The position numbers were made by a program, and so were the translations under genes. From Octopus sinensis (Eukaryota): a stretch of 64,000 nucleotides of DNA. Under the pieces are notes generated by a model. That model searched no databases, was not told the origin of the DNA, and saw only the letters and a list, made by a program, of their open reading frames with translations. Below are positions 26,001 to 39,072 of the stretch, one piece after another (within the stretch, counting starts at the first letter, position 1; each line of letters opens with the position of its first letter). The stretch spans positions 68,324,001 to 68,388,000 of the forward strand of contig NC_043006.1 of the NCBI RefSeq assembly GCF_006345805.1, written 5' to 3'.

Positions 26001-26299
26001 ACTGGGCATATAATTGACTTCCTGTAAACACACACACAGATATATAAATGCACACTGTTTTTCACTACACTACATACATAACTACAGTGTACAACACTCA
26101 TAACTGTCGCTACCACTCCTGCTCCCAATCATCAATTCCACTAACACCAATAATATATATATATATATACTTTATTATATACACTATACAAAATATTGTG
26201 TTATAAACTATATTATACACTGTGTTACATGCACTATGTATACACTACATTATATGCTATATGTATCTATGTTACACAAGATATGCACACTCTGTTATG

Positions 26300-26837
26300 C
26301 AGTGAAAATAGTGGCTTGGTAAAAGAGAAAAAGCTCAACCACAACCGAGAAGGGAACTTCATGGGAAAAAAGCCCTTCTCTCTATCTGGTGGAATTGCAA
26401 AGGAGTAATTCACTTTGAATTGTTACCACCTAATGCAACAACCAATGTTCAAGTCTACTATCAGCAATTAGAGCATTTGAACCAAGCTTTGAAGAAAAAG
26501 ACTCGCTTTAGTGAATTGAAAAGGAGTGATGTTTCATCAGGACAATGTGCAACCCCACACTGCCATGATCACATCACAGAAGATGGAAGAGCTTGATTGG
26601 GAAAAAATTCCTCATTCACCTTATTCTCCCAACCTTGCTCCTTCAGACTACCATTTGTTTCATAGTTTACAGAATCATTTGGGGGACAAAACTTTCGCAA
26701 GCCAGCAGGAAGTTGAAACCAACATTTCAAAGTTCTTCGTTTTGAAACCAAAAGAGTCTTACATTGATGGGATTAAAAAGCTTGTAAATAGATGGAAGGA
26801 AGTCATAGATAATCAGGGAAAGACCACTGATGATTAA
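26300..26837 (+). mobile_element. Mariner (DD34D) transposase remnant, catalytic C-terminal half, with frameshift and stops
   Basis: WLGKREKAQPQPRRELHGKKALLSIWWNCKGVIHFELLP...YYQQLEHL followed by MFHQDN.QPHTA...IPHSPYSPNLAPSDYHLF...LVNRWKEVIDNQG; this is the mariner YSPDLAP(S)D motif. Confidence 0.92.
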
Positions 26838-26907
26838 ATTTCAATTAAATATAACATTTGATCACTTGTTTTCTTTATTCATAATTTGGTATGTATGTAT
26901 GTATGTA

Positions 26908-26938
<31 letters not shown>

Positions 26939-26984
26939 CTAAATCTGTGTGTGCATGTATGTGTGTGTTGCTTTATGCCTGTTT

Positions 26985-27190
26985 TGTCCCTTATCACCAC
27001 TTAACAACTGATGGATGTTGGTGTGTTACCACTCCCCATAACCTAGTGATTCAGCAAAAAAGATTGAAAGAATAAGAACCTGGCTTTAAAATTATTAGTA
27101 CTGAGGTTAATTTGCTTAACTAAAATTCTTGAAGGCAGTGCCCCCGCATGGCCACAGTCTAAGTGGCTGAGACAAGTAAAAGATAAAGAA
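26985..27190 (+). mobile_element. 3' half of a family G SINE
   Basis: ggtgtgttacc...cagcaaaaaagattgaaagaataag...gcatggccacagtc...gagacaagtaaaagataaag. Confidence 0.75.
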
Positions 27191-28834
27191 TATTATGCTG
27201 TATTATTCACTATTCACATGTTACAGACTACTCACAATACACTCTACAAAACTCTATAGTATATATTACATTATACAATAATATTTACACTGTATTATAC
27301 TATGTTATAAACTGTATAATTTACATGCAGTCATACACTAACCCTGTCTACAATATATGTTTAGATTTTAGCTAGGCCAGAAGTTCCAATGAGAGACTGA
27401 AGAGAGAAATAAATATCATATTGCCCTGTTTAGGCTGATATTAGAGCAAAAACATCATGTTCAGAAGAAATAAAAGAAATATTACGTAGGTATTTTAATA
27501 ACAACCACATGTGGTTTACTGGCATGTGTGGGTGTATATATGTACTCTGTATGTGTATGTGTACACAGTGTGTTGTATATACATGTGTCTGTTATTTATA
27601 AAACGAAGTCTTAGATTAAAGTCTACAGACATTTATACCATTTCAGTCCTACACAAACAGACCTAGTTATAGAGAGGCAGTGATCACTGCAGCTAAGTGG
27701 GTGAGGTTTTGAGGCTTGGGCTGTTGAGCAGAGGTAGATGGGTTCAGAACCATGCAATGACTCATTGGTGAGAGCAAAGAAAATAAGAAAGGAGAAGAGT
27801 GTAGTTTCACTAGAGATGTTAAAAGTATGAAGATTGTTCATCTGGTTACGATGATATGTTTTGGTAAGTCAGGCGTAACAGACGAAGTTTGAGAATTACT
27901 CAACCATAGCTATATCTTGGTATGCATATGTATATACAAAAAGACAGAAAGACAGAGGGTGGACAGGCACATAGGTTAGTGGTGTAGATGAAATTTCTTT
28001 GTCTAGATGGTGTTTAGTGAGTGTAGCAAATAAACTGAAAATATCAGTACTACTGACAATGTAGATATTGCAAGTTCAAGTTTTTAGGCTTGCATTCCAA
28101 TTATGACTATCCTAACTCATCCTTACTCTTAAAACTGATCCTTATAACCAGATAACATATTAATATTATAACTAAATATTAATCTTGTCTGCTCCTTATT
28201 AAACTTGTTTACGCCACTGTAAAATCTATACAATAACTTTCATTATATCCACCCACTTGTTTTGGAATCAATGATTGTAAATATTAATGATTATTGAATG
28301 GACAAAGGTCCTGATTAAAGTGACTGACAAATCGATCACTCGTAACTGAATATCTCCCCTGCAGCCATCCTTAAGAAGGTCAATTACACAAGGGCAAGAT
28401 GGACAACATGAAAGATGAATGTTTCTTGTCAGTTTGTCTATTGTACAGCTTGACCATTGTGGTAAAGGTTAGGCAATGAAGAGGAGTTCATTGCATCAAA
28501 ATTTACAGTAATGAAGCTGGTACACAGACAGACTGAAGTGATACAGTTTGTAAAAGAAAGAATAAGTTTAGGTACTATGAAGAAATAGGAGTTTTGAGAA
28601 GAATTTTTACAAATTATATTTTTTGCTGTTAATGACCTTAACCAATTTTCTTAGACTTTATTTTGTTTTTGCCTGCTTAACCTGACAAATAACTGCAGTA
28701 TGAAGAGTTAGATCAGAGAATATATAAATAATAATAGATTCATATCTAGAGACATTGATTGAGCTGTATAATTGAGATGACACAAGATGAAGACAAGCAA
28801 GGTTATACTCTGTGAAAGCTATGGTAACATACAG

Positions 28835-28880
<46 letters not shown>

Positions 28881-30954
28881 AGTGAAAATACTGTTTTTTA
28901 AAATCGAAATGTTAGGAGAATTAGGTTAAGCCTAGTATGATAGCTCAAGTAAGTTATTTTGAGGGAGTGATTGTATCACTGCCTTATCTACACCAATCTG
29001 TCACACACTTTCATCAGGTTTCTCAATTTTCTTCTACACACTTGAACTCTTCCACAACTTTCTTCCTATATATTCCATCAGATAATTAGCCAACAATAAT
29101 TCAAATAGAATACTAAACCTGAAGTTTAATCTAAAATGGTTTGACAAAAAGAAAAAAAAAAAGATTTAAAGCAAGTCCTAGCAGTCCAGTAGAAAGTCCT
29201 TGCATTAGAAAGTTAGACCTGTTAAATGAAAACCCACACCATAATAGATTGTTATGCAACTATTCTAACACTGGTGTGTCCAAAACTATATAAATGTAAG
29301 GTCAATGGTAAGGTCAAGCTGTTTGGTGACACACCCTGAGTTAATTCAAAAACACAACATTGTACAACAAATAATAAAAGTTGTTCATCAAATTTCATTC
29401 AGAGATACATGAGAAATACACTTCACTTCCAGGTTGTGTGATATTTATGTCGACTTTTAAAAGAATCTGGGTCAGCTTAGGATGTTTCCAAGGTTTAAGA
29501 TTTAAATAAGGTTTAACATTTTTATGTGCAATTATATTGAAATATAATCTGGAATTGAGAACCAAGATGTTTTTTTTTTAGTAGGCAAAAAGAGAACACA
29601 TTTATCTTCTATTAAGCTGGTTCATACTGTAGATACTTTGATATCGGATATATCATTATGATGCAGGATGTATCATGATGGTTTGAGTACAATCCTTACA
29701 GAACCTCGACACTATGGCTGACCAAAGTTCAACAAAGAGATTATCTCAGATGGGAAGAAAGTTAGGGTTCTTATGATTAGAACCATTAAAGTAAGTTGTG
29801 TCCCACAGGGAAGGGCCCTGCCCATCACCTACTGGTGGAAGATTGCCCCAATTCTGTTGGTGGGAAATATATTAAGAGTTGAATGCTAGAGTATATCTGT
29901 CTGTCTGTGTCTGATATGTGCACACACATACACACACTTAGACAGGTGCTAGTATTATATATATGTGACACATATCAGTATAATCAAGGATTTATAACAA
30001 TTTATAACTGTCTCTTTGTCTATCACACAGGTGGTGGAGTGGTAGTGGTTGTAGTAATGGGGGTGGTAAGGGTGGCAGTGCTTTTCTTCTTGCCTGTGCT
30101 TAGTAGTTTCAAGGTGAGAGACAGTCTATGCAATCTGAACCCACTCTTTAGGCTTGGAAGTTTAACCCTAATGGCTCAACAGGCTAAGATGGCAGCAGTG
30201 ATCAGTAAGTTGCATATTTTACATATTTTCCAATGCATTCACACAGAAGTCAGGGTTTGTGCTTAGAGTTTTTTCTATAACATGCTAACCTACAGTTGGA
30301 ACCTTGACAGGTGCTACTACTCCAGGTCAGGGTGGAACCAGGAATTCCCACTACCAGACGCAATTTAAAGTCAGACCCTTCTACACTCTTGAAATATATT
30401 ACTTTGATGCAGGTGTTGAGCAGACAGGATGTGGAATATTAATGAACCATGGGTTGGGGGTGTGGAATGTGTTTAGTGTACAATAAGACAAATAAGCTTT
30501 GTGTAGTTGGCTGAGGACACCTGTTGAGGTTGTCAACCTACAAAGAAGTCTTATCAGTCTCAATATTCCTGTAAAGGTGAGAAAACAATGGAATTTATCA
30601 TAACTTGGTTGAATAAATAATTGATGCCTAATTAGTTCTATTCAAATATTGATTTGATTTATTCCAGTCTATTTGGTTTTGACTGGTATATTAACATGAA
30701 CAGAGATAGTGATGATATTGATAATTAATTGCTGGGACACCATATTTTGTTATGCAACCGTAATATACCACCAAGTGTATTAAAGGCTTGTAAGTCAATA
30801 TTGTGCCTCACCTGTGTTAGTGTTGCCATTAATCCACTTTTTAAAGTTATCTCTGCAAATATTCTATAAAAATTAGGGCCAGCACTGATTTGTTACAATG
30901 TTTTGTACTCAGATATGTCTATGCAAAGATATGTAACTGAAGATAAAAAAAAAT

Positions 30955-31145
30955 ATCTAAGGTGGTTACTGGGAGACCCTGTACAGTGATAAGGCTAGAA
31001 GTAGACCCTATCTAGTGATGTGATTTAAAGGGAGACAATATCTAGAGATATGTTTACAGGGAGACCATGCCTAGTGATGCAGCTAGGGAAAGCCCACACC
31101 TTGAAATGTGGCTAGAGAAAGATCTTGCTTAGAGATGTGGTACAG
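30955..31145. repeat. Diverged ~29-bp tandem repeat (gggagaccctgtctagtgatgtggcta-like), ~6 copies
   Basis: gagacc / ctagtgatg / ctagagat recur at ~29-30-nt spacing. Confidence 0.65.
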
Positions 31146-32115
31146 CAATGTTTTCTTTCATTGTGTCTTACTTTTGATGCTAGGGTAGGATCTACTTATT
31201 GGGGTTAAGTTGAAAATGCAGCCCTTAATCTAATATAGTGCAGACCTCATGTGTTCAGTATATCTGTATAACTAAAGCATACTTGTGATATCTCTGACTA
31301 AGATATGTCTCAGTCAGAAACTAGTTGATGTCTTAGGTCAATCAGGAAATGGTCTTAGAAATGGCAATGATGGAGAACTTGTAAAATTTGTTGGCATCTT
31401 TGTTTGTTGTCTTTATATATGCAAAAGTGTGTGTGTGTTCAATGTGTGTGTGTGTGTATGTATGTGAATAGTAGTAGGACAATGGTGAATTACAAAAAAG
31501 TGAAAGAGAGTACTCAATACAGTTAAATAGAGCAGAATAATATTTATTCTAAGTTGAGTTTATATAAGAACGAAGTTGTGTGTGCATGAGTGTATAGAGG
31601 TATATAAGAACAATGATGAGTGTGTGTGTGTGTGAGTGTAAGAGAGATATTAAAACTGATTCCATTTACTTCCTGTTCCATTTCAAACATTTCTTACATT
31701 TTAGAGACGAAGGAATTGTATTGAGAGAAAGACTAAGTGTGTTTCATTTCTAAGAAGCCATGACATCATCACCACCACATCACTACATGACTACATCACA
31801 CTATGGCTGCCTACACCACCCACCACCATAACAACAACAGAAACAGTCTAAGTTATTCATTAGGACACAGTCATTTCTTGCTGTAATTACTTAAAAGGAA
31901 GAACTCGGTGAAAGTTTCAACGAAATAAAAACAAGACTGTTTTATAATTTTGGCTGTAAAAATACAAAATAGATTATAGAGGCGTTGTTGTTGGAGGTGA
32001 GTTGTGAGAGCTGGTATGCTTCTTCAAAAGAGAGAAGGAATTCTACCGAAATAATACAGTGATAGTTATAGAAGTTTCATCTGTCTAGTCTTTCTGAGGT
32101 GGTAGGACAACAGAA

Positions 32116-32168
<53 letters not shown>

Positions 32169-33118
32169 GGGGAGAAAGACAGCTGCTACAGCAATTATGG
32201 TGATGGTGATGATGATGATGAAAGCTAGCAAGGACAAAAACAGCAGCAGGAGCAGGAACAAGGTCAAGGAAAAGAAGCATTGAATAATCCAAGTGGGAAG
32301 AGAGCGGAAGAGGAAGCAGGACTGGGGATGTTGCAAGGATAGACGTAATAATAAGGAAATAATTGTTGTGTGTGGGGGTTGGATTGGAGTGGACAGCAGA
32401 ATCAGTGGCAGGAGTAGGAGTGATGAAAAATCTATTTAGTTACAGATAAAAGGTAATTATATCAATATGGTACGATGATGAGATAGTGATGAGATAGAGG
32501 GAAAGAAAGGGAGATGTGAGAGAGAGAGAGAGAGAGAGTGATGATGATGATGATAAAAGAGACTGTGAGGGAGATAAAGAGGGAGAGGTAGAGATATAAG
32601 ATCAACAGACAGATAGAAAGGGTGTGTAGGTAACCATAGCAATAATAGACACTTGGATAAAAGAGCAACAGTCTGGTAGTGCACATCAGACATGTTATGT
32701 GTGCAGTTGATGGGCAGTTGATGAGTGACATGTTGACAGAGTGGCCTTGGCGACGTGTGTGTGTGTGTGTGAGTGTTACAAACAAGTTTGAGTAAGAATG
32801 GTAGTAGGGATTAGCGTATTCATAACTGGAGTCGAGAATAATGAGATAGAAATTTGGAATCTACTCCCTTATTTTATCTTATCTCCCACCCTATGGGTTA
32901 CATAACATCTTGTCAGACAGGGAGGGGTGGGGGAAGTGAGAGAGAGAAAGAGAGGGGCAATTAGGGAGTAGCCTACTCCTACATGCTACAAACTCAGCAG
33001 ACAGAAGGGGTTGGCAGAGAAGAATTCTGTCAGAGACAAGAGGAAGTTGGTAAAACAAGGAATTGCCCTGTCACAAACATTACTATATCCTGCTAGACAT
33101 AACTTTCCAAATGCCAGT

Positions 33119-33155
<37 letters not shown>

Positions 33156-33351
33156 TGTAACCATCCTATATTATCAGTAATAGATTTAGAATTATAGGAT
33201 GTAGTGGTGCTCATACAACTTCCATTGTTACTAATTGAAGAAGTACAAATAAATTTACTTTTTGTCAAAGAATATTCACTTGTCATCGCGAGAGAGAAAG
33301 ATAGAGAGAGAGAGAGAGTATTGTTCTCTCTACACACACATACCTATACAT

Positions 33352-33570
33352 ATATTATCATCACCATAATCATCATTTTACATCTGCTTTTTATGCAGAC
33401 AGGGATTTGACAAGATCCAAAAGCTGGAGGAGTGCATCATGTACTAATATCTCTATTTTGGCACAGTTTCTACAGCTGGATGCCCTTCCTAATACCAGCT
33501 ATTTTACAGGGTGTACTGGGTGCTTTTTCCAATAGCACCAGCACTCGTGAGGTTGCCTCACAACCCGCAA
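33352..33570 (-). mobile_element. Family A (RTE-tailed) SINE fragment
   Basis: tttctacagctggatgcccttcctaatacc...gtactgggtgcttttt is the reverse complement of the family A core. Confidence 0.7.
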
Positions 33571-34009
33571 GAGTAAAAAGCATAAATATGGAACGGAAAG
33601 GGGAATGGGTACCGTGTTTCAGGTTAGTGAGAAAGGGAGGGGCAACGTAGCAATGGTGATGAGGTAGGTTGTGTAGTTGGGATCCAGGGATATCTTGCAT
33701 TATAATGGTCAAGGTAGGCGGAAGGTGTGAGGGGAAAGAGAGATGAAAAAGAGAAATAGATGAGGGTGATGATATTGAAAGAAAGGGAGGCATGGGGTGG
33801 AAGGATGAATGGATGGGTAGATACACACCTACATACATATGTCACTAAACATAGACTGTATTAAAATAAGAGCTACTAATGGTTTCTTGTCATTTAGATA
33901 TGTGATTAGGCATATTTTTATCATGTACCTTGTGTCACCAAGCAATCTTCAGGCTCTGAGTACATGGTTTGTTCTATTTGAAACACATACACACACACAC
34001 TTAAATACA

Positions 34010-34530
34010 TAGCTGTATGATTAAGAAGCTCAATCACTTTGTAATTAGATGGTTCCAGGTTCAAACTGAATAGGTTGTACTTCGAGCAAATGTCATCTAT
34101 TGGATCCTTGAGTTAACCGATGTCCATACATACATCATCATTATTTAATGTCCATGTTCCATGCTGGCATGGGATGGATGGTTTGGTAAGATCTGAAGAG
34201 TTCAAGGACTGTATTGCGATCCAATGTCTGCTTTGGCATGGTTTCTGTGATTTGATACCCTTCCCAATGCCAGCCACCTCACAGCATGGATTGGATGCTT
34301 TTATCCATGCCACCAGCACTATTGAGGTTTCCATGCAGCTTGCAAGACTACAAACACTAAGGGAGTGGGGTGGATTTAAGCAAGGGAGATAAAGGGTTAA
34401 AACATGAGAGAAGTGAGTACAGGTTCTTGTAGAGGAGCTGCAAGGCTACTCAAATTTAGAAAAGAGAAGCCTCAGGCCAAGTAAAGTTTTCTGAGTCAAT
34501 TGGTAGACAGAAACTGAAAGAAGCTCATTG
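34010..34530. mobile_element. Family G SINE head (34010-34110, resuming 34470-34530) interrupted by a minus-strand family A element (34130-34340)
   Basis: The head agctgtatgattaagaagct...gagcaaatgtc continues as ctcaggccaa...tggtagacagaaactgaaagaagc after catcatcattatttaatgtccatgttccatgctggcatggg. Confidence 0.65.
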
Positions 34531-34618
34531 AAAATATATATATATATATATATAAATTTTTTTCATAATGAGATAAAAAAACCAAGGCTGTGTAGATTTT
34601 GGAACATTTATAGGTAGG

Positions 34619-34664
34619 TCTTACAGCTGTTTCCAGGATATTTATTGTATCCTTTCATCGGAGA
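34619..34664 (-). ncRNA. Minimal Penelope-type hammerhead relic inside a ~290-bp (TA)n-flanked repeat (34560-34850)
   Basis: UCU-CcGAUGA-A-AGGAUA(caauaaa)UAUCCU-G-GAAA-CAGCUGUA-AGA: 6-bp stem II, palindromic stem III ACAGCUGU, GUA site, 3-bp stem I, and U4>C in the core. Confidence 0.6.
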
Positions 34665-35159
34665 TGGTGTGAGAGGATGATTAAGTAATAGTTAATTTAG
34701 ATAAGATACGAAATAGAGAGTGAGGTGGAAGAATGAAAATAGATGTGAGATGTGTAGGGATATTGTATTTGTAGATCCATTTTTTAGGCAGAATGACATA
34801 CATATAAGATTCTAATACCTTATGAGTAAAATCCAATAGTATTTGATATATATATCATCATCATCATCACCTTATTATATAAGGTGATACTCTTGAAGCC
34901 AGGAACTCTTTAACAACCCCTTGTATATAGATTTAACTATGTGTGTGTGTGTGTGTGTGTGTACCTTTGTCTTGGCATCATTGACAGTTGTAAATAAGCA
35001 ACACCATCATACAAGTAATATTCATTTCCAGTTTTCCATGGAAACGTCTGGTTATGGGAAATATTACCTTGCTTGGAAACAGGAAAGTGTTAGTTACAGG
35101 AACAGCATCTGGCTGTAGAAAGCCAACCTCAACAAATTATATGTATATATTGTACATAA

Positions 35160-35530
35160 TATATATCTATTCGGCTCTAAATGCAGAGAATATGTGAAGA
35201 CTAGAGAGGAATGAAGCTAGTGTGCTCTGTTTGATGTACAATGTTAGTGTGCATGTGTGATCAAGTGCTATGGTAGTGAGAGTAAAACTGAGCATAAGAT
35301 CAATCAAATGCAGTGTGCAAGAGAGGAGCCTGTGTTGATTTAGTCATATGATGCATAAGGATAAGAACAGCTGTATCAAGAAATACCAGTTGCTTAAAGT
35401 GGATGGAACTTGTGGAAAACATGGGATGAAATAACGAAGGCTGATCTCAAGATGTTGAGCTTTACAGATGAGATGACAAAGGACTGAGAGGATTGATGAT
35501 TCACTATACTTGAAAAGATCTGCCCATCAC
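35160..35530 (+). mobile_element. RTE-clade LINE ORF2 C-terminal remnant
   Basis: LERNEASVLCLMYNVSVHV*SS...VQERSLC*FSHMMHKD...VDGTCG/KTWDEITKADLKML. Confidence 0.75.
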
Positions 35531-37444
35531 AGCAAAATATGTCTTAAAATTACTTTGGCTATGCTTGTATGCATGGAACCCTGTCCCTCCACCCTTTCCA
35601 TCTTGTCAAGCATTCACCAACAATTTATCCCTGAATACCCATCATTCTCCTATCTATGGCATTACTCAGCTGCTGCAATCACTTGAGAGCAGAATCAGTG
35701 CATACTACACACCCCACTTTCTTTACTCTTTCAGTTAATGCCCTCCCCACCGGAACCACTTCCATTTCCCATTTGCATTATCATTCCATCGCATACTATT
35801 TTCACTGAACTTCTGTATGTACCTTCAACCATCGCACTCTTTCCTGCTATACTCCATCTCAACATCTCTTCATATTTGCCATCATTCTCAACACACTCTA
35901 ACTGCCATCACACCCCACCTATTATAGCCCCTTACCCCTTGTGTGCATGTGTGGGTGGGTGTACTAAAATGAGGTTGTTATTTTAAAACTAAGGATGTGA
36001 AAGGAGTATTTCCTGATGGGGGCGACCCAAAACTGAAAGTACAGTCAAATTTATTGTAAACTGAAGCTGGCTCAGACTTATTTTCACCTCACAACTTAAT
36101 GAAGCAGACCAGTTGAATAAGGTGTTATAGAATGTGAAACCCCAGTCAAAATAAGCTTCACGTTCACAGTTTAACTGAAACCACTATTTTATGGATATTT
36201 ATTTTATTGACCTTAAAGGAGTAAAAGGTAGCATTTGAACTGAGGACTGCCAAAAGCTAGCCAAACTGGTAGCCATCTACATCAACTTCATTACTGAAGT
36301 AGCAGCAACAACGACAGTTATAACAACAATTACATGTGTCTCTCATTAAAACAAAATCTCTTGGGTAATTAATAATAAATTATGCTAATATTGTAACTGA
36401 AACAGTAGTGTATGAAAAAGAGAGAGACAGAGTAAGGGAGATGGAGAAACAGACAAACAAAGAGAAAGAAAGAAATTAATATACGGTAATGATTATTATC
36501 AGCTGACACTTAGGCTAACTATCTACCCCAGATATCTCCAGAAGTCATTAATTGAGAGTATTTGACTTAATTTTTTTAAAGAAAAATACTTAGTCTTCTA
36601 GGTACAAACTTGCCCCACACCCATAAAAGCATTTGCACTTCTATTTAGGGGTGCATAAGTAGCTGTGTGGTCTAGATATTTGTTTGACAACTACAGTTTT
36701 AAGTTCTATCCAACTGCAGAGATCAACCAAAACTTTTCAAGTGGAATTTTATAGACAGAAGCCATGTTGAAGCCTATTGGAGGTTGTGGGGTGGGGACAT
36801 TTCTGTTCTATCTTCTAATTTAACACCACCTTCTGATTCTTGGACACCATTAGTTCTGCATGTATTGAAGCCATGTTTCTGGTCTTCTCTTCTTCACACA
36901 AATTCTGTGGGCTATGTGCAAAAGATTATAGATGTTACCCTTCAGCCTCTCATATTTCAAACATGTCTCAGATTGATGCTGTGAGAGAACATCTACAGAG
37001 TCACATGACCTATTAGAAATAACAACATCTCATCCTTACAATTTCAAAGAATACATTAAATAATGTAGTCCTAGATAAACTCTGAGCAAAAGGCAGGAGG
37101 GTCACAGATGGAATACCTTTAATCATAGGTTTTTTAGAACAGGGACTGGTCAGATACTAATCAGTAACTTGGCTGAATATATCTGAATTCCAAATCATAG
37201 CAAATGCACAAAAGTGAAACTTAGTTCATATATTTAGGTTAATACAATGGGTTTACATACGAAAGAACTCAATAAAAAGGACTAACATTTAGCATTATAA
37301 TTCTGATTTTGACTCAAAGAAATTACTAAGACAACACGAACACTTCAGTTCATCATTATTATTATTATCATTATTACTATTTTATTACTAGTGTCAAAAC
37401 ACCAAAAACTGTAGCGCTTTGAATTCTTTTGTATCATATTCCTG

Positions 37445-37690
37445 GCATATAAAGCACCCTTCTCAAGCCCCATGGGCTGGTTTCCTGGTTTCACTATATA
37501 TATATATTTACTCCTTGAATGGGATGCTGGTCTGTTGCAGGATTACTCATTTTGCCAGCTGAGTGGACAGGAGCAATATGAAATGAAGCGATTTGCTCAA
37601 GAACACAACACATCATCCAGTCCAGGAATTAAAACTGCAATCTTATGATAACAAGTCCAACACACTTACCACTAGGCTACATACCTCCAC
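37445..37690 (-). mobile_element. tRNA-derived SINE (family E)
   Basis: actcattttgccagctgagtggacaggagcaa...tgctcaagaacacaac...accactaggc; homologous to 59431-59980, 58600-58865 and 52800-53070. Confidence 0.75.
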
Positions 37691-38413
37691 ATTCCTGCAC
37701 ATATGTGTTAGTCCAACTCCATCAAATATTCCTTTAACTGTAGTTAGGTCCCGGCCATCTTAGCAGTATCAAAGGCCCTTTCCGAGAAAAATCAATGCAC
37801 TGAGCCCTACAATATTATTGGCAGCAAACCACATCATATATAGGCTAGAATTGGGCCCCTAGACATGTGAAAACTCCTGACAAAACTCAGTGTGCCCATA
37901 TCTTGAGATGGCTCTGGTTAAGCTCTGTAGGTGAAGGAACAGAAGTTTTATGTTGGAATAAGATGACATTACAAATAAGAAGTGTCTTAAGTGACCACCA
38001 GTTCTTTGTAGTGAGGACCAAACCCTAACTGCCCTCTTGTAACACATCAAAAAGTGGCCCCTTCTCTAAAGTATTCACATGCTTAGACAATTGTTTCAAT
38101 GTTTCCAAAGTTATCAAAGAAGTGGTGGCAGTGGTAATAGTAGTGGTGATGGTTGTGGTGGTGGTAATAGTGCTGGTAGGAATGCTGATGGTGTTGATAG
38201 TTGTGTTAATGGTGGTAGTAGTTGTGTTGGTAGTGATGGTTAAGCTGGTAGTAATTGTGGTGGTGGTGATGAGAGTAGTATTGGTCCTGGAGGTAGTGAG
38301 GTCAACCAGTCATTATCTGAGACATCAATTTACTACCAAATTCTGCTTTTGCATGTGTTTACCTCCAGACGCTAGTTTTACAACAATTATCAGTAAAATA
38401 GACTGCAAAACTA

Positions 38414-38599
38414 CCACATTTCCCAGTATATGAAGTGAATTTTTTAGACCAAAATTTACAGCCAAAAATGGCAAGTTGACTTATACACAAAGATGACTTT
38501 GGAGGACCAAAAATTCCATGTGAAATACAGAAAAATTTGGAAAGATAATGACCATGTTTACACTATACATTACATCGACTTGTATGCTGGAAAATACAG
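38414..38599. mobile_element. Old pogo/Tc2-like MITE with TA flanks
   Basis: TA|ccacatttcccagtata ... tatgctggaaaatacag|TA is a degenerate TIR; internal gttgacttatacac / tcgacttgtat motifs. Confidence 0.4.
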
Positions 38600-39072
38600 T
38601 ACATCTCATCAGCAAATGAAACCAAAGATGGAAGTTTAGTGATGGCAACCCATAGTTTGTTGGTGATAGCGGTAACCAGGGTAGCAACCTGTTAGTGCTG
38701 ATAGCCACAGCACTGACCACCGAGGTCATGGTTACTGTTATAAGATCCATAATGGGACTTCCTTGAGTACTTCTAATGTTGCATTACTCTTATATAATTA
38801 GCCACTACAAAAATGGAAGCAGCAGTAGTTAGTGTTATTATTGTACTAACAAGTCATTACCATCAAGTCACTGTAGTAGTCACTGCAATGTTTACTAGTT
38901 ATAGTAAACTGTAATCTTTAACTGGTTACAGTTGTAGTAGTTTTAAAGTCTTAGCGTTAATTAAACAAAGTGCTTGGATAAGTTGGTATGCAAGGTGGGT
39001 CATGTTGGGATTGAGTATTAAATAAGCAATGTAGTTTTGCTATGATGCAACCAATGTAATGTTGGGGTAGAT

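Larger units (their letters stand above)
25822..26032. repeat. Foldback element with ~95-bp inverted arms and a ~19-nt loop; each arm is a type I hammerhead ribozyme relic
   Basis: The arms align with about 11 mismatches over ~95 nt. See the two ncRNA entries below. Confidence 0.9.

Noticed and set aside
37751-37916. Possible old hAT-type MITE (ccggccatctt...agatggctctg)
   Set aside because: The TIR and TSD matches are too degenerate to support.
38122-38433. Val-rich ORF resembling a transmembrane protein
   Set aside because: It is a degenerate (GTG/GTA)n repeat.
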